A stretch of 64,000 nucleotides of DNA from Priapulus caudatus (Eukaryota), in contig NW_014577083.1 in assembly GCF_000485595.1 (NCBI RefSeq), positions 212,932-276,931 on the forward strand, written 5' to 3'. The notes under the pieces are model-generated. The model saw only the letters and a list, made by a program, of their open reading frames with translations, was not told where the DNA came from and made no database searches. Position numbers and translations under genes: made by a program. Below are positions 13,445 through 28,212 of the stretch, piece after piece (the stretch's first letter is position 1; each line of letters starts with the position of its first letter).

Positions 13445-13850
13445 TCCCGGTTGGCCTACTCCCATTTTGCCTACGACAAAATTCCCATTTCGCCTACAGC
13501 AAAATTCCCAGTTGGCCTACACCCATTTCGCCTACTCCCAATTCGTCTACGGCCACGGCTCAAAATCTACCCCATTCCCATTTCGTCTACGATCAGTTTG
13601 TTCACTAAATAATCATTTATTATTATTAATAATAAAATATGGTTTTGATTTGCATACATAGACTACAGGAACCAGAACTAAAACTAAAAGAAAACATAGG
13701 TACAAATAATGAGAACACAATTTGACCAAAATAGAAAATACAGTAGCATAAAGATGAAACGATGGGAGTAGGCGAAATAGGAATATTGCCGATTCTGAGA
13801 GTTGACGAAATGGGAGTAGGCGAAATGGGGCGTAGGCCAACTTACTGGGA
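13445..13850. mobile_element. MITE with CCCATTTCGCCTAC subterminal repeats
   Basis: Repeats at the left end are mirrored as GTAGGCGAAATGGG at the right end; termini TCCC...GGGA. Confidence 0.7.
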
Positions 13851-13859
13851 TGTTACGGG

Positions 13860-14044
13860 CAGGGGCGGCGCCAGGGTATTTTCTTAGGGGGGGGGCGAAA
13901 CCAGGGGCGTTTACAGGAACATGCGAAGGGGGGGTCTGGGGGGCTCTCCCCCAGGAAATTTTTGAAATTAGACCCCCTCAGATGCGTTTTCTGCGCGAGT
14001 AGGGGTGGTCCGGACCCCCTGGACCCCCCCTGTACACGCCCCTG
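13860..14044. mobile_element. GC-rich hAT-like MITE (CAGGGGCG...CGCCCCTG)
   Basis: Short TIRs. The internal ACCCCCTCAGATGCGTTTTCTGCGCGAG is shared with 27070-27190. Confidence 0.65.
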
Positions 14045-16806
14045 GGAACTGTAGAATCTGATACCGTGTGCGCTTGCACTGACGGGTGGGGTCCATGGGG
14101 TAGATTCATGATTCATCAAGCTGCGTACGCAAAATATTTTGCGTAAATCTTGTGTACGCAATCGACGTTGCTTAGTTGCGATTCATCAACACAGCTATTT
14201 AGTACATTTTCGTACGATTTCGCGTACGCAAGCGAGGCCGTTTTAGGTGCGATTCATCAAGCTAAAATTTACGTAAACCTTTGCGTAACTTTACACGAGC
14301 TGACGAGGTGCCGTAAACCACTCGAAATTTCCGCAGGTTTTTCCAGCATACCGCAGCATGCACTATTTTATTGAAAAAAAAAACATTATAAAATTACAAT
14401 GTCAGGTTTTCGTGTCCTGTCGGGTCCGGGTTTATTCAACCCGTAACCCCAGAGCGGCGGCGCACAGAGGGCGCTAGATCGGGTGGGGGGGCGGCGGGCT
14501 GGGGGGGGGGTGGGGGGGGGGGGCGGGCGGTGCGCCCCCGCTTATATCATTATGGCAAAGAAAAAAAAGAAAAAGAAAAGAAAAGAAAAAGAAAAAGAAA
14601 CAAGGAAAAGGAAAAGAAGAAAAAGCAGAAAAAGAAAGAAATCATGCAAAATGTCTTTGCAGAATCGAGTGGTGGGGTGGGCTGGGTTGTTGCACCACCC
14701 CCTTCGATTTTGCAAGATAAAGGCTAAAGAAGCCAAGAATATTCTCTGGCAATAATGAGGGGGATTGCCAAAAAATGAGTGATGTAGCCTACAAGCTGGA
14801 TCCACTTTCATCGAAAANNNNNNNNNNNNNNNNNNNNNNNNNNNNNNNNNNNNNNNNNNNNNNNNNNNNNNNNNNNNNNNNNNNNNNNNNNNNNNNNNNN
14901 NNNNNNNNNNNNNNNNNNNNNNNNNNNNNNNNNNNNNNNNNNNNNNNNNNNNNNNNNNNNNNNNNNNNNNNNNNNNNNNNNNNNNNNNNNNNNNNNNNNN
15001 NNNNNNNNNNNNNNNNNNNNNNNNNNNNNNNNNNNNNNNNNNNNNNNNNNNNNNNNNNNNNNNNNNNNNNNNNNNNNNNNNNNNNNNNNNNNNNNNNNNN
15101 NNNNNNNNNNNNNNNNNNNNNNNNNNNNNNNNNNNNNNNNNNNNNNNNNNNNNNNNNNNNNNNNNNNNNNNNNNNNNNNNNNNNNNNNNNNNNNNNNNNN
15201 NNNNNNNNNNNNNNNNNNNNNNNNNNNNNNNNNNNNNNNNNNNNNNNNNNNNNNNNNNNNNNNNNNNNNNNNNNNNNNNNNGTAGTTCCAGGAAGCCCCC
15301 CCCGCCTTTGTTAACTTTCGGGCGAGTGGGAATACCAGATACCGAACAGAATGCGGGTAGAAGCCTCCTCCCCCCCGGGGTTTTACTCCTTGGTAATATG
15401 TTGCTCCTTGGTTCGATGCACAATTTTGTTGTCAGCATTTTAGGGCTTTGATGCTAAACTGCTGAGAGCTTTCCCAGACCCCTGCCAGGAGCCCATAAGC
15501 TGGGCGCCGCGTAGTCGGGGGCCGGTATTCATTCAAGTTGCGGCAACAGCTGGATTGCGTAGATACAGAGTCTAGCAAACGTACGCCCAAAAGCTCATAG
15601 GTGCGCATTCGATCAACGCAAGGTAGCACCTGCAGTTTACGCAAATTGTTGAGGAATTCCGGTTTGTAAATCAACTACGCCATCTGTAGGCTGGGTGGCT
15701 GTTTGAGGTGCGTGCCGTAGCAGTACAAACGCAATCGACACTGTGCGGACAAGACCGGGATATAGGAGACCAACACTGGATGCTGCGGCTCTGTGTAGTG
15801 TAAGACCATATGGCTCTAGCGTCTACAGGAGTGCTGAGGTGATACGGTCGGCACTATTTTCGTTTGTATGATGGTGTGATTCAACACTGCGATGAAAGCA
15901 GCGACACTGTACGCGTTGTGGGCGTGCTGTGCGTCGGACCGTACACGTGCGTGCGTTGTATGCAGTCTGTGCTTAATGTGCACGTACACGTGCGTGCGTG
16001 TCAGTACAACCGTTGGCGTGCTTGGTCGTACGTACACGGGCGTGAGTGGGCGGCCGTTGGCACTGGTGCGTACGTACACGTGCGTGGCTGATGTGTGTGG
16101 CACGTACAAGTGCGTGCGTGGCACGCTACAAGGCGCTCGCACGGCTGATGTGATGGTAGACACTGGCCTAAACTACGAACTCGCTTAATAACGAAAACAA
16201 CTGCCAAGTATGACAAAAAAAAATGGCAAAGGCGCCGCCTGGTCTGTGTGCTGGTAGTTATGTAATTAGTATGTATTTTAGCATGAAACCCGGACCCTAA
16301 CCCTAACCCATTCTACTCCAGTCGGGTTATATATGCAGGTTTTCCGGGTCCGGGTCCGGGTTTTATTCACCCCCGGATGTTACCTTGCATTGCCATTGCC
16401 ATAATACATTGTCATTGAGACGCTCCAACTTCCAAATGCCCAGCCACTGTAGGCCTACTCAGTACTGGATTAACGACGTACGACTACGAGTTATGTGAAC
16501 GTGTGTGCATCTGTATCATGTACAACGATAAGGTGTAAAGTTGCAAAATTGAGCCATGTTGTATTTTATATATCCTAAAAACTGTGTCATAACAAGACTA
16601 ACAATACTCACTTGCTAAAGTGCCAGGCAGCAGTTGCAGTGGTTTAGATAAATGTTTACACCGTCATTACAGGATCCCTATGAGGTCACAGGTCATGATT
16701 ACACGCGCGCCATCTACCAATGTCTGTAATAATTAATAACGACAATCTCGTAGTTCTTCTCACGCATTTTCATAATTGCTTGACACCGCTCCATCCGTGC
16801 AGAATA

Positions 16807-16876
16807 ATTGCAAATAATTGCATGATTAATAATAATTGCATGATTAATAATAATTGCATGATTAATAATAATTGCA
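16807..16876. repeat. 18-bp tandem repeat (ATTGCATGATTAATAATA), ~3 copies
   Basis: Read directly. Confidence 0.85.
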
Positions 16877-17753
16877 AAGAATAAATTGTTTGCAAGCTCA
16901 ATACCGATTTCAATCTATATTATAAGTGAGATGTTGGTCTGTGGCAGCATGTGCGTGCTGCCAAACAGTTTGTAATCGCGTGTGAGGGTGATGGGGTTAT
17001 TTTCAAGGTAGACACGCAATTAACATTTTGGGATAAATAAATGAATTTAATTGTCTGAGAACAAGAAAATACCATGTAAATTTTCTTGCATCTGTGTATT
17101 CAAGTGCCAAGGATGACAATGGGGAAAAATTGGCAGTAAAGCGTGTAATGACTCACTCACATTTTTGGTTATAGCTGCCAAATATATCGCATGTGAAATC
17201 TAAATGCTCTTTGTAAACAGGAGTTTGTTTTATACAGGTGACCACGAATACAATAGCCAGCTTGCAGCCAGATTTAACTGTGTTTTATGTGTTTTTAATG
17301 AATGCCCCTAATTATGTGCCCTATACACAATTAATGCCCTATACACAAACATACATGCATCCTGTACATACTACATAATACAGACAAACATATTTACTTT
17401 GGAGGAAGAGAAGTGCTTTAATAAATTTTAAATATACATGTAGAGGCTGATAAATTCACAAGCATCGAACAGCTATCATAACCATAATTGAATCGTAAAA
17501 CGCCCACAAACTGCAAACAGCCTTGCCAATGTGCATGAATATAGCAGCATACCAATAGTGGGAGATGGCGAGATTTTGGCTCAACTGTCTTTCTCTATCT
17601 CTATCTCTCTTTTTCTGTCACTCACTCACTTTCCCATTGTGAATTCTCCTATGCAAACATAGGCTTTCCTTAACAACTGTGCATTAATGAGAGGTGTGCA
17701 TAACATATTGCCTAAGTCCATCGAAATAAGCAGTCGATAGATAATCATCCAGT

Positions 17754-20700
17754 TTACTTCGGCATCAGCGCCTCAATCGATTGCCCTGCCTCGAGTTTTT
17801 TCTCCATACTGACGAGAAGTTTTACTCCATCAACGACACACTGTACTTGCTCCACCTCAGAGCTGCCAAGCCGGTCAGAGTTGGAAATGTCATAGGTACC
17901 TCCAACTGATGCTGTATCAACACCTCCTGTAGAGTACAATAAAAGGGATCTTTATTTAGACTAAATAACTATAATATTATAACACAAATACACGTATATT
18001 ACGAATATGCAAGGATACTATAAACTTGACTACGGGTTACTGTAGTTACATTAAAATTGTAAAGTATTACTAGACAGCAGCATTCAGTAACAGGGATTGG
18101 CTTGAGTAATGTAATATGTGTCACAATTGGTTTCTGTGTATCAACAATTGAAGCATTCGCTGTATAATTCCAATTTTTCTCATCTCAAAGTTTGAATAAA
18201 TGGAAGCCCCCCCCCCACCACACACACATACCAGTTCCACGTTTCTGCAGCTTCAGCTTCTTCAGAATTCCATCAAGGCGCTTTTCATCCTCGCTAAGCT
18301 TAGGCAGCTTAACGTGGACACCTGCTCGTAGGCCAGTACCCAAGTTACTCGGACAGGTGAGAACGTAACCAAGGTGCTCATTCCACATTATCTCCTTGCC
18401 TTGCTTCTTCAGGGCTGCCTCAACCTGTACACATAAGAAAAGTGTTGCTTCTATATAACTCCCTTTGCAATCGTGCTTTCCTTTATCTGTAACCCACCCC
18501 CTTACACATACACTACTCCTTGTCCTCCCATGCTGTCTCTCTGCTCTACTCTGCTTTTTAGACCCAGTTATCTCCAGGTTATTTGCGATCACGTTTTACA
18601 GATGGGTTGACATCTTGGTAAATGGTCGGACAATATGGCATAGTGGCCAAGGTAGGGTGGACATGGCATGATGGACAAGCTGTTAACAATAAAAAAAAAA
18701 ATTTTCAAAGCATGACATAAAAGTAAACCTCTAAACCCCTGGGCTTTCTTAAATCTGTTTTTCATAAAGATGGATGTTTCAAGATTTGCATCTACAAGCT
18801 CCCTTGAAAAAAACCAGCTTTTTTGTCTGTCCTCTCCCCAAAATGAAAAAAAGGTCTCAAATCCTTTCCTTGGTGTAGGCACATAATCAGTTATTTTTTC
18901 TTTGTGTAGATGCGGCTTGTTTGTTACACGATCGCTTAATCTCTCTCTTTTTTCTCACACGCTACCGATACTGCAGGCATCATGAATAATCTTTTTACCG
19001 TGATCCACATACCTTCTTTGCACCATTACAGAAGCGAGCAAATACTCTCTTCATATTTCCACCAGTCTCCATGGATATCAGCCTCATGTGGTCTTCCTCA
19101 TTCACCCACACTAAAAATGTTCTTTTAAAGAAAATGATACTAGTTAGTAATCGGATTCGAATACAATCAAAATAAATAATAAACGGTATAAATGAAGCAA
19201 CAATATGAAGAATAGTCAAATATATGAATAACACACTCATTAATGATTCACCCGCACAGATTGAGCTGAATCATTAACGAGTCATGCTATCGTCAATCAT
19301 ACTGACAACACAGATCTTAATTGGGATTACTGGCATGTCACTGGTCACGCGATTACTACGATTTTTTTGGATTTAGCACAATAATGCCCCGTACGTTTAA
19401 TTTGTGTTTTTGACTGTAGCCTAATCTAACTCCAGATTTTCCAATCATTCAACTTATTGCAATATCAGTTCTTGCACAATTATGTAAGCATTTTATTGTT
19501 ATTGTGGTCAACACTTGAAATTCACTGATCAATCACTATCAGGGTTCCCCCATAGGAATTTTAGAAAGCATGCTGGGCAATTAGGCAATTCATCCTTGAT
19601 TGCTAACTAGAGCCAACCACGTGTGTTGTAAACAGCCCCAATACATGGGCCAAGCCCATTTGTTTGGAAACGAATACATCAAGCTATGAAAACAGCATGA
19701 CTGTGTTAACAATGGGATAATAAAAGTAAAAACAGCTGGAATTAAAGGCATGCTGAATAGTGCACATCGCATTTACAGATATTGCAAATTAGCTTCAGCT
19801 TTGAAGGCATGTTGAAGTCGAAACCTGCCTATATTACATAGGGCCATAATAAAAATATTGTTTGTTTGCCCTCACCCGTCCGACCCGCCAAAAAGGGGCC
19901 AACTCAAATAAATTTCTTGATCTTTCCCATTATATTTTTTTTTACAAATTGTATCACTGTACATTATATAAATCTGTAGGCAATACATTATATCGAGAGC
20001 GTATTAAGAAGGAGAGCGTACAACGGTGAAATGCTGAAACCACGTTGCAGTATTATTCGAATTAATAAACTTTCCCCGTTTTATTTTGACGATTCTTTGT
20101 GGTATTATTGATCAGCTCTCCTACCTTGCTAATATAAAACAAACTGTTTGTCCCTACAATGCCTCTATGCTGAGATAATTAGCGGTAAAAATCTGGTAAT
20201 TTTGCCAAAAACCGACTCGAGATACATAGTGGCTGCGACTGTCTCTTGTTCTGGCGATAGCTTCGGGAAACCTCGCGTGTTTCTGTCATTCATTGACAAT
20301 GAAATTTATTTTCCTTCTACTATCTTTTCTCGCATTTCCAGTCATTGACGGAGCCATTACTCCACAAAAACGTCTTGTTATTTATCGCCATGGTGATGAC
20401 CCGCCCTTTACGCTGGATGTAGTTGTAACATGCGTTTTACAGATGTACATAGAATAGTCAGTAGAGTTAGACTAGGGGTTGTTTTAGTAATAGTTTATCT
20501 AGACACAGCGTCTAATTATGGCAACAGAACGTTTATCATTTGCATTATTTTTTTATTTGAAAACACTACGTACTATATATACGTTTATAGCTATATCAGC
20601 TAATATCACTATTCAAAAGAAGAAAATACCTAACAATTATGAACATGAATGTAATAAAATTTGAAATAATAATGTCAAATGATTCGATATCTTATGTTAT

Positions 20701-23700
20701 CGTCCATTGTTTGAATATGCATATATAATTAAGCCAGTACTCACAAAATACTCATAATCGCGACTAGCATACTAACAAATATGCGGTGCATGTAGTTTAC
20801 TGTCATATTAGGAGTAGCATAACATACTTGTCTTCATTGTGCCAAATGCCACGGGCATCTGGCCAGTCTCTAGCCATTCCAGAGCAGGTGAGTAGAGGAG
20901 ACACAGGCTTGTCAAATAGGAAGTGATTATCAATGAGAAAGTCTTGTTCTTCTGGTGTCATTCCATCCAGTGGATAGTACTTCCCCTTAAATTCTCCATC
21001 CATGCCAGCTAGTGCTATACGTAAACAAACAATGGCTGTTATAAAAGGATCTCGATCGATCTATAAGCTTATATAGTTAATCATTATACAACAAACAACA
21101 ACAACAATCGTTTTACAGCCGTTTTCCATGCTTATGCTGGGGTTGGCCGGGAGCTCCCCATGATTAGTAATCATTATAGATATTACCCTGATATTACCTG
21201 TTAAGTACCATAAACTTCTCTAACACACAAACCACAACTGGAGAAGAAAAAAGAGTGTGCAAGGCTTAATCATTGGATGTTCACTAGACCTAATCTACCT
21301 ACAATTTATTCGGATTAAATCCAATGAGCATGAACTCAAGACTGCTAACCATGAACTTTAAACATTCACCTAGCATATAATTTCATTAGTTTTCCTATAC
21401 ACACATTCACAATACGTAGATATAGTCTACAATGCACGACACCAATTTTTGACAAATTTCACCATAAAATCGGTGTGATGCTTTAAGATAACTCGGTTTA
21501 AACAAGTCGCTGTGTGTATTGCCAAAAATATTCATCAGTGATGTCATAAAATCCGGACTAGATTTATTAGTGGGACTTTGTGGCCACAACAAACAGTTAA
21601 ATCTGTTGCCCTGAAACCTAACACAGCAATAACCAAACATGATCCTTGACAACATTTTATTCTTCTTTTAAACAGCAACGTTTCTGACAGTAACATTAGT
21701 GATTACTATTATGCACCCTAATTATGCACGCTCTCAATTCCCAGGTGGACTCGTGCTACTGGTAGTGGGAGGGGACATATCCAAATGTAACCAGCTGTTG
21801 CTATATATATTGCAATATATATTACAAGTTACGAGTCTTTAGCTGGGTTCACACTATAAAATTTCTTTTGAAAAGTTGACGAGTTTATAAACGTTTCAAC
21901 TAATCGACCAAAGTTGATCGCTGAACTAGTTGCTGTCAACTAGTCGAAAGATTAGAACATGTTCTAATTTCTCAACTTTTGGTCAGCGAGTTGAGCAACT
22001 GTTTGCCATGCAGACACTCAGATAATAGAAATCAGGAGGTGTGCCCCGCCACCCAGAAGATAATTTCCGCGCCTGTTTTTGCTATCGGCTGCACACGGGT
22101 TACGCCTGGTGTGAAACAATACATGCAAAACTGCGTATCCACGACTACGTCTCCCCGTGTGCACATTGCGGGTGAAATGTTGAAACGTTTACCGACTCGT
22201 GGTCGATAATGCAAATGCTTTGAACATCTAATAGAAAGTTTATTAGAACGTTGAAAAGCGTATCAACTCGTCGACTTTTCGATAGTGTAATCCCAGCTTT
22301 AGTTGTGTTGTTCGATTCTCCCAATGAACCACATCTTGACCACATCACAGTAGTATCTGACATCACTGATGCACAGCTATTACTGAGCTGAGCGGCATAT
22401 AAACAGGCTCAAGAACTGTTTTAAATGGATTGCACATTGCTGAATTTATGGCGAGTTTTATGATGCTTGGTGAATGTTTAAGTTAAATTATGAGCTTCTA
22501 GGTTTCTCGAATTAAATGTAATAAATTGTAGTTGCATTAGGGCTAGCAAACATTGCATTTCAAATAATTAAGCAAATTCACTCCTGACCTTATACATATA
22601 TGCACATAGCTTCACTATGTATAAATATGTAGGTTCACTATTTGTAATTGTATGAATAGGTTTATCATAAACCAGACATATAGGTCTACGTATGTAAACA
22701 GCAGAACTAGAAAATTTACATTGAAATTACAATAACTGATTTCCTTGCTATCTATTGATCTTAAATGTAAATTCATTCATCCATGTTCCTCTTTGAAAGC
22801 GCACTGAGCTTACCAACAGTCACGATTTTCTCCACAGCACGCCGCTCAGCACGGCTGCAATGCGGAGGCAGGCAAAGACCTCTAATGCTCCTTCCAGTGC
22901 GAACGCGAGAACTCAGAACATAAGCAGGATCCAGATCTCCTCCCTTAAGATCATCTTGATTCAGGTTGGTCTTGTGCTTGGCTTTAAAAGTAAGGTTCAA
23001 AGAGTTACTTAATTGAATCTAGATATAATATATCTTGTCCATAAAATTAGGGGGAATACTTACACAAGCCTATAGTCACCTGGCAGCTCATAAAATTTAC
23101 CAGACCAAAGTTTTTCTTTACAAGGCCAAGCATGAACTACGCCCTATATACAGCAGCCTACAGCTCGAACGGTCATTTACTATAGCCTCATATGGTGAGG
23201 CTGTCTTCTGCAATTTTACCCACCTACCCCTGCAATACCCCTTGCAGCTGGGCAAGTCAAGGACTTTACACCTTACATCCTAATTTATTCAAAACACTGC
23301 ATTGCAAACGTAGCAGTTCTTAATCGATGCAGGATTTGAGTGTAAATAAGTTAAAAAATTTGTTAAAGAAGCCACCTACCATCTTTCATGTAACCGTTGT
23401 GGCGCTTTTCAATCACCGGGTCAAACAAGTCTGCGAACACATCAAATGCCTCCTCGTCCCCTGCTACACAACCAACCGTGTAGATGTAGGGGTGACCTGT
23501 GTATGAACAGACACATGTACTCAGGGGTAGAAAAGAACTTTTGAACAAGCGAGTACCTACCCTCATTTGCGGTGCACGTCTGCCAAATTTTCTTGGGACA
23601 TTTGCTAAAAAAATACGGTAATTCCGTGAGGCCGTGCTCTGGAACGAACTAATTAGTATAGCAGAAATTTCAGGGAGTCACACGAACTCAGGACTGCATA

Positions 23701-25730
23701 TATGTCAAATCAGGGAGTACAACAGTAAATCAGGGAGTATTTGACACCGGACACGCATTAATTTCGCACCCTGCGCCTTTTCCGCCCCACACTGCATTTC
23801 ACATCCCTTCTTAACTGAGCTGTCACTCTCTCAACCATTCAAGTCTTCTCACTGCCCCTAGACACTTCTAAAAAGTCATGGGCGAATTGTCAACGAAATC
23901 CAGAGACATGACATTACAGGCAGAATACAAAAATTCTATTGCCGAGTCCATAAAAGAAATATTCTTTTTAAAATAGACTAATATTCTCATATTTTTTCCG
24001 ACTACTACAATATTTACTGGTATTGATTGTGTAAGAGCAAGTGTCTAAAGTACGGCTTACATGTCTCAGAACATTCATACATTGTTATTTTCATAAAAAC
24101 AATACACTAGTTTAAATCTGTTTGTTTACATCATGTTGACACGGTAACATGATAACACTTGTTTCTTGTGAGACCCCGTCCCTGTACTGGAAAAATGGTT
24201 TACTATAATTATTTAAGAGTTTGAACCTGTCTAGAGCCACTACATCACTCAATGAAATGTACATTGTCTGGTAGATACAGATTTCACAATACAACGTGCC
24301 TGCATTACAGTGGAACCCCGCTTTTACACGCCCCGACTTAACGCGAATTCGGATATAACGCGATGAGTCGTTGGCCACCTTTTTTTGCTCTTATATAACC
24401 ACGTATATATATAACTCCGATTTAGTTCGGCACTTTATCCGACCCCGCTTTTTTCGCGATGACATTTTATGGACTCCAACCATCGAGGTATAATGGGGCT
24501 ATACGTATACTATTTGTTTTTTATATAACATATATAGCAGCATAAACCAATGGTCATTTTTATACTAAAGTACTCAGTAACATGTTCGCTCTTATGTAAG
24601 ACTATAGTTTGCTATATTTTTCTCGATTGTGATTAATGAAATGATTCCTTTTGACATTGGATTCCGCATTTGGAATAAAGATATTTTGTTACCGTCATCA
24701 TATATATATACACTATATATATACTTTTATTTTTAATTGCTGCAGTCGTGCTGACCACTTACAAGTTACATATATGTATTAAAAAATCATCTTCATTTAC
24801 AAAAAATTGTAAACATATTTTCAACCTGTGCCATGTGCCCCTGACTGTGAGTTAGCTCCGAGAAACGGTCTTGCGCTAGGGTTAGAAGACCAATCGACAA
24901 TCGGTCGCACAGCCTGGTCGGGCTATATATACCCTGTGAGTGTGATGTTCCAGTACTTAGCATTTATTGAAAATATTTTATATGTGGGATCCACATATTT
25001 TGAGTTAGCAAATGTGACACTAGCTGATCGGATGAACTTTATTGCACAGGTACGTGTACGCCAAATGGACGGCAGCTTTGCCTGCACTACAGCCTATAGC
25101 CGTATAGGTGTTTATATTTCACATTGTCATTATGATTTTATCATGATTTTATAAGAAACCATTTTTGTGAAAAGGCATATAACTTACATATTAAGTTTTA
25201 CTTGGAACTATGATACATTAATTTTCCGCAATATTACGACAGAACGCGTTTCCGATGCTCGGAGGAATATAGCCACGTCGATGGGCATAACATGATATAA
25301 TTAGGCCTATTGCATAACCGCAGGCGTGGCACACCAGCTGCCATCATTTTTAAAACTTTTTGACATGGCCAAATCCCGCAACACGTCATCACGAAATTAC
25401 CAAATAATTACATGCATTGAACACAACTGATCATAAACCGATTAAAGGCAGTGATAATACATTGGTATATAGTTATGATTATCTTAGTTTATCTGGTTAT
25501 ATTTAGCGGTTGCGTAGAGGCCTACCTGGATTGTCAACGCCGGTTTGGATGGCTTTGTCAATAGTGAATCCAGACGGCGTTCTAATATCTCTCAGCTTAG
25601 CATAGATAGCTGGCGTCAGACATTTTGCCATCCAGTTACTGTGCTTCGACAGATCTGGGAAGTCTTCGCTCGGGTCAAATCTGGATTGAGTCTCGTTGAG
25701 TGTTTTTACGCTTTTCCCCGTAGAAGGCAT
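17754..25730 (-). CDS. CK: Creatine kinase (phosphagen kinase), single-domain, cytoplasmic-type, 383 aa, 7 exons
   Basis: Exons 25730-25526, 23496-23380, 22981-22814, 21014-20828, 19121-19013, 18424-18232 and 17926-17754 total 1152 nt in frame, with a TAA stop. Motifs: [68 protein letters not shown]. The GS loop and the VDT loop are CK-type rather than arginine, glycocyamine or lombricine kinase type. Confidence 0.96.
20008..20422. mobile_element. Partial copy of the 5713-6441 element in CK intron 4
   Basis: Near-identical to the reverse complement of 6015-6440; begins ttaa|GAAGGAGAGCGTACAACGG. Confidence 0.85.
21841..22298. mobile_element. PIF/Harbinger-type MITE in CK intron 3
   Basis: AGCTGGGTTCACACTA...TAGTGTAATCCCAGCT with ttt/tta flanks; shares AGAACATGTTCTAAT with 8944-9184. 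Confidence 0.75.
24308..24505. mobile_element. Degenerate Tc1/mariner-pogo-type MITE
   Basis: ta|CAGTGGAACCCC start, repeated TAAC/ATAACG motifs, decayed right end. Confidence 0.5.
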
Positions 25731-25764
25731 GATGGCGGGTGACTGCTCCAAATCTGGAATTCGA

Positions 25765-25845
25765 CTGCAGTGAGAGCGTGCGTGACGAAATACTTTATAG
25801 CACCGCCGTGCCATGATTGGTCGCCTCAGAGCATAACGTCATCCT
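25765..25845 (-). promoter_or_regulatory. Creatine kinase core promoter (TATA, CCAAT, CRE-like)
   Basis: On the minus strand: TATAAA at 25799-25794, CCAAT at 25820-25816, TGACGT near 25841-25836, an Inr-like TCACT about 25 nt downstream of the TATA, and a good ATG context (GCCATCATG) at 25730. Confidence 0.65.
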
Positions 25846-27069
25846 TTACAGGTTAAAGTGCAGATTCCTGCGCGCGCAGAATATTTTTTAACCTACATTG
25901 ACATTGACAGATTTGGCGATGCGCATTAAAAAAATAAAGTAAAAATAATATATTTTATAATTTATTTATTTGTCTCGTCACGAGCAGTTATTAGCAGTTA
26001 TGATTCATACGTAGCCTAATGACATCAAACCAAATATATTTCTAGTACGTGCAGTGGCAAAGAAATATGTGCATGGGCACCGAAATTTATACTAATATAG
26101 TTATACGTTATACGAATATACTAATATATANNNNNNNNNNNNNNNNNNNNNNNNNAAGGCCGCGCGTGCGCAAGAGACATCATGCTATTGGTCAAGTGCA
26201 TGTGTCGAGACATAAGATGACATAATAGACCAGTGCAACATATGCCATAGCACAAAACGCACCAGTGCAAGAAGAAACCACTACTACCATATCCAGCGCC
26301 AAGTAGACCCATCGGGCCAATAGTTGGAGACGGATCTATTTGAGTGGCATTGCATTGATTATACCCTTTGGGGCTCTGGCTTGTCGACACGTGTGAATAC
26401 CGCACATCTGTAGACTGGTTTGTATACGGGGGTACTTAAACATTTAAACACAAGACCTGGTGCGACCCCAGGGAACCCCCTTTCAACTCGGCAACTTGGG
26501 TTACGGGTAGATCCGCCCCTGGTACATAATCCGGTAACGTCCGGCCTGCCGAGCAAGTTGCCGAAAACATTTGAAAAACGAACCCCCCCAATATATAGCT
26601 GGCTACGGGCCTGTAGTAGTACACACAGGTGTGAGCTTTATAATTATATAGTATAGTTAGATACACTTATAATAATAATATATTATATATATATAGTATA
26701 TGTATAGACATGTAGTATAGTGGCTAACCGGTCACTAATACGTGTATGGAGCACCCTATGTCTATAGGCCTACTTACTAGTAGACTATATACTGTATATA
26801 TATATATATTATAGTATTAGTAGAGGATATAATATCAGGAGCGTAGGCCTATATATGAACGAACATAGTCCCCTGTCCCTCGTCTCATCTGCTCCTGTCA
26901 TTATAACGCTCGACTGATTAATGATATAATACATATATATTAAAATATATGACGTATATATATATATATACCATATATATATTATAATATATATTTACTT
27001 AATATATATATATATATAAATATATATTGATATTATATATATATAGAACCGTAACCCAAAGTTGCGAGT

Positions 27070-27410
27070 TGAAGGGGGGTCTGGGGTCAGGCTCTTTTTA
27101 AAATTACACCCCCTCAGATGCGTTTTCTGCGCGAGCAAGGGGGGGGGGTCCGGACTCCCTGCATGGACCTCCCCTGTACACGCCCCTGCTCGGGCGCAAA
27201 GCGACCAAGCGACCGAGCGGGGGGAGGGTGTGGGAGGGGGGTGTTCACTGTTCACCCTCCCGCACGATGGAGATTTTGCAATTATTACACTAAAATGGAG
27301 CGACCTGAGGTGAAATTCTTGCAAATTAAAAATAAAAAATTTTTTGGCTTGGGGGGGCTCGGGGGGTGGTTCGTTCGAACCCCCCGAACCCCTCCCTGGC
27401 TACGGGCCTG
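27070..27410. mobile_element. GC-rich hAT-like MITE fragments
   Basis: Shares sequence with 13920-14044. It ends GGCTACGGGCCTG, an end also seen near 26612 and 43999. Confidence 0.6.
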
Positions 27411-27939
27411 CTACTATACTGCCTACTTTATTTGGCGGCATAATTAATAGGCTACACCGGGTTGAGCTACTATATACCAACGCCGAGCATTTTTCTCGTA
27501 TTCTCGATATAAACTTGCTAAATATATATATATTAAGCACGCATCAACCTGCCAATACGCGAAAACTCAAGACAAACGGCCACAAGATGTCTATTTTTTT
27601 ATTTTTTTTTATTTATGCAATTATCCATCATATACAATACATAGCATACTTTTACAATAAAATTCTGAATTTATAAAATTGGATAACTACAAATATATGC
27701 ATATATAACAAGAGTGCATAATAGAGATCTCTATTATGCACTCTTGATATATAAGGACACAAACAGCATGACTAGCACACTTATTTACACTGTGGACCTT
27801 GTTTTGCTATGCCTTGAATCTAACAATTACACGTACTACTATCAGCACTAACTATTGAAATATACAAATTTGTAGTTTTAACCGGTCATACGTATAATGG
27901 TACATTCTCATAAGACGATACAAACTTTTCTTATGCCTA

Positions 27940-28212
27940 ATTTCAACCTTTTACATGCCGTGTTTAAATACTTAGCTTTTCTGGAAAGAAATTTCAATCT
28001 ATTGTTAACCTTTTTTACAACCTTAATTCCCGTTACCTCACCACTCATGGAGTCTTCCAAGTCTATTCCTAGATACTTAACTGTATTTTTATGTGCAATT
28101 GCCACCCCATTACATCTGATGTGCAGATTTGGATTATCCCTGAGTTTTTGTTTAAAGTTTTTAGTTTTTAGTTCCAAAAATAATACTTTCTGTTTTTCCA
28201 AGATGCAAGAAT
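27940..28212 (-). mobile_element. LINE (CR1/L2-like group) reverse-transcriptase remnant
   Basis: LHLGKTESIIFGTK, then a frameshift, then ...TVKYLGIDLE...KKVNNRLKFLSRK. These are typical non-LTR RT C-terminal motifs. Confidence 0.8.

Noticed and set aside
25731..25814. N-terminal extension of CK from the upstream ATG in the ORF track
   Set aside because: That ATG lies upstream of the TATA box. ATG 25730 has a good context and gives a normal length.
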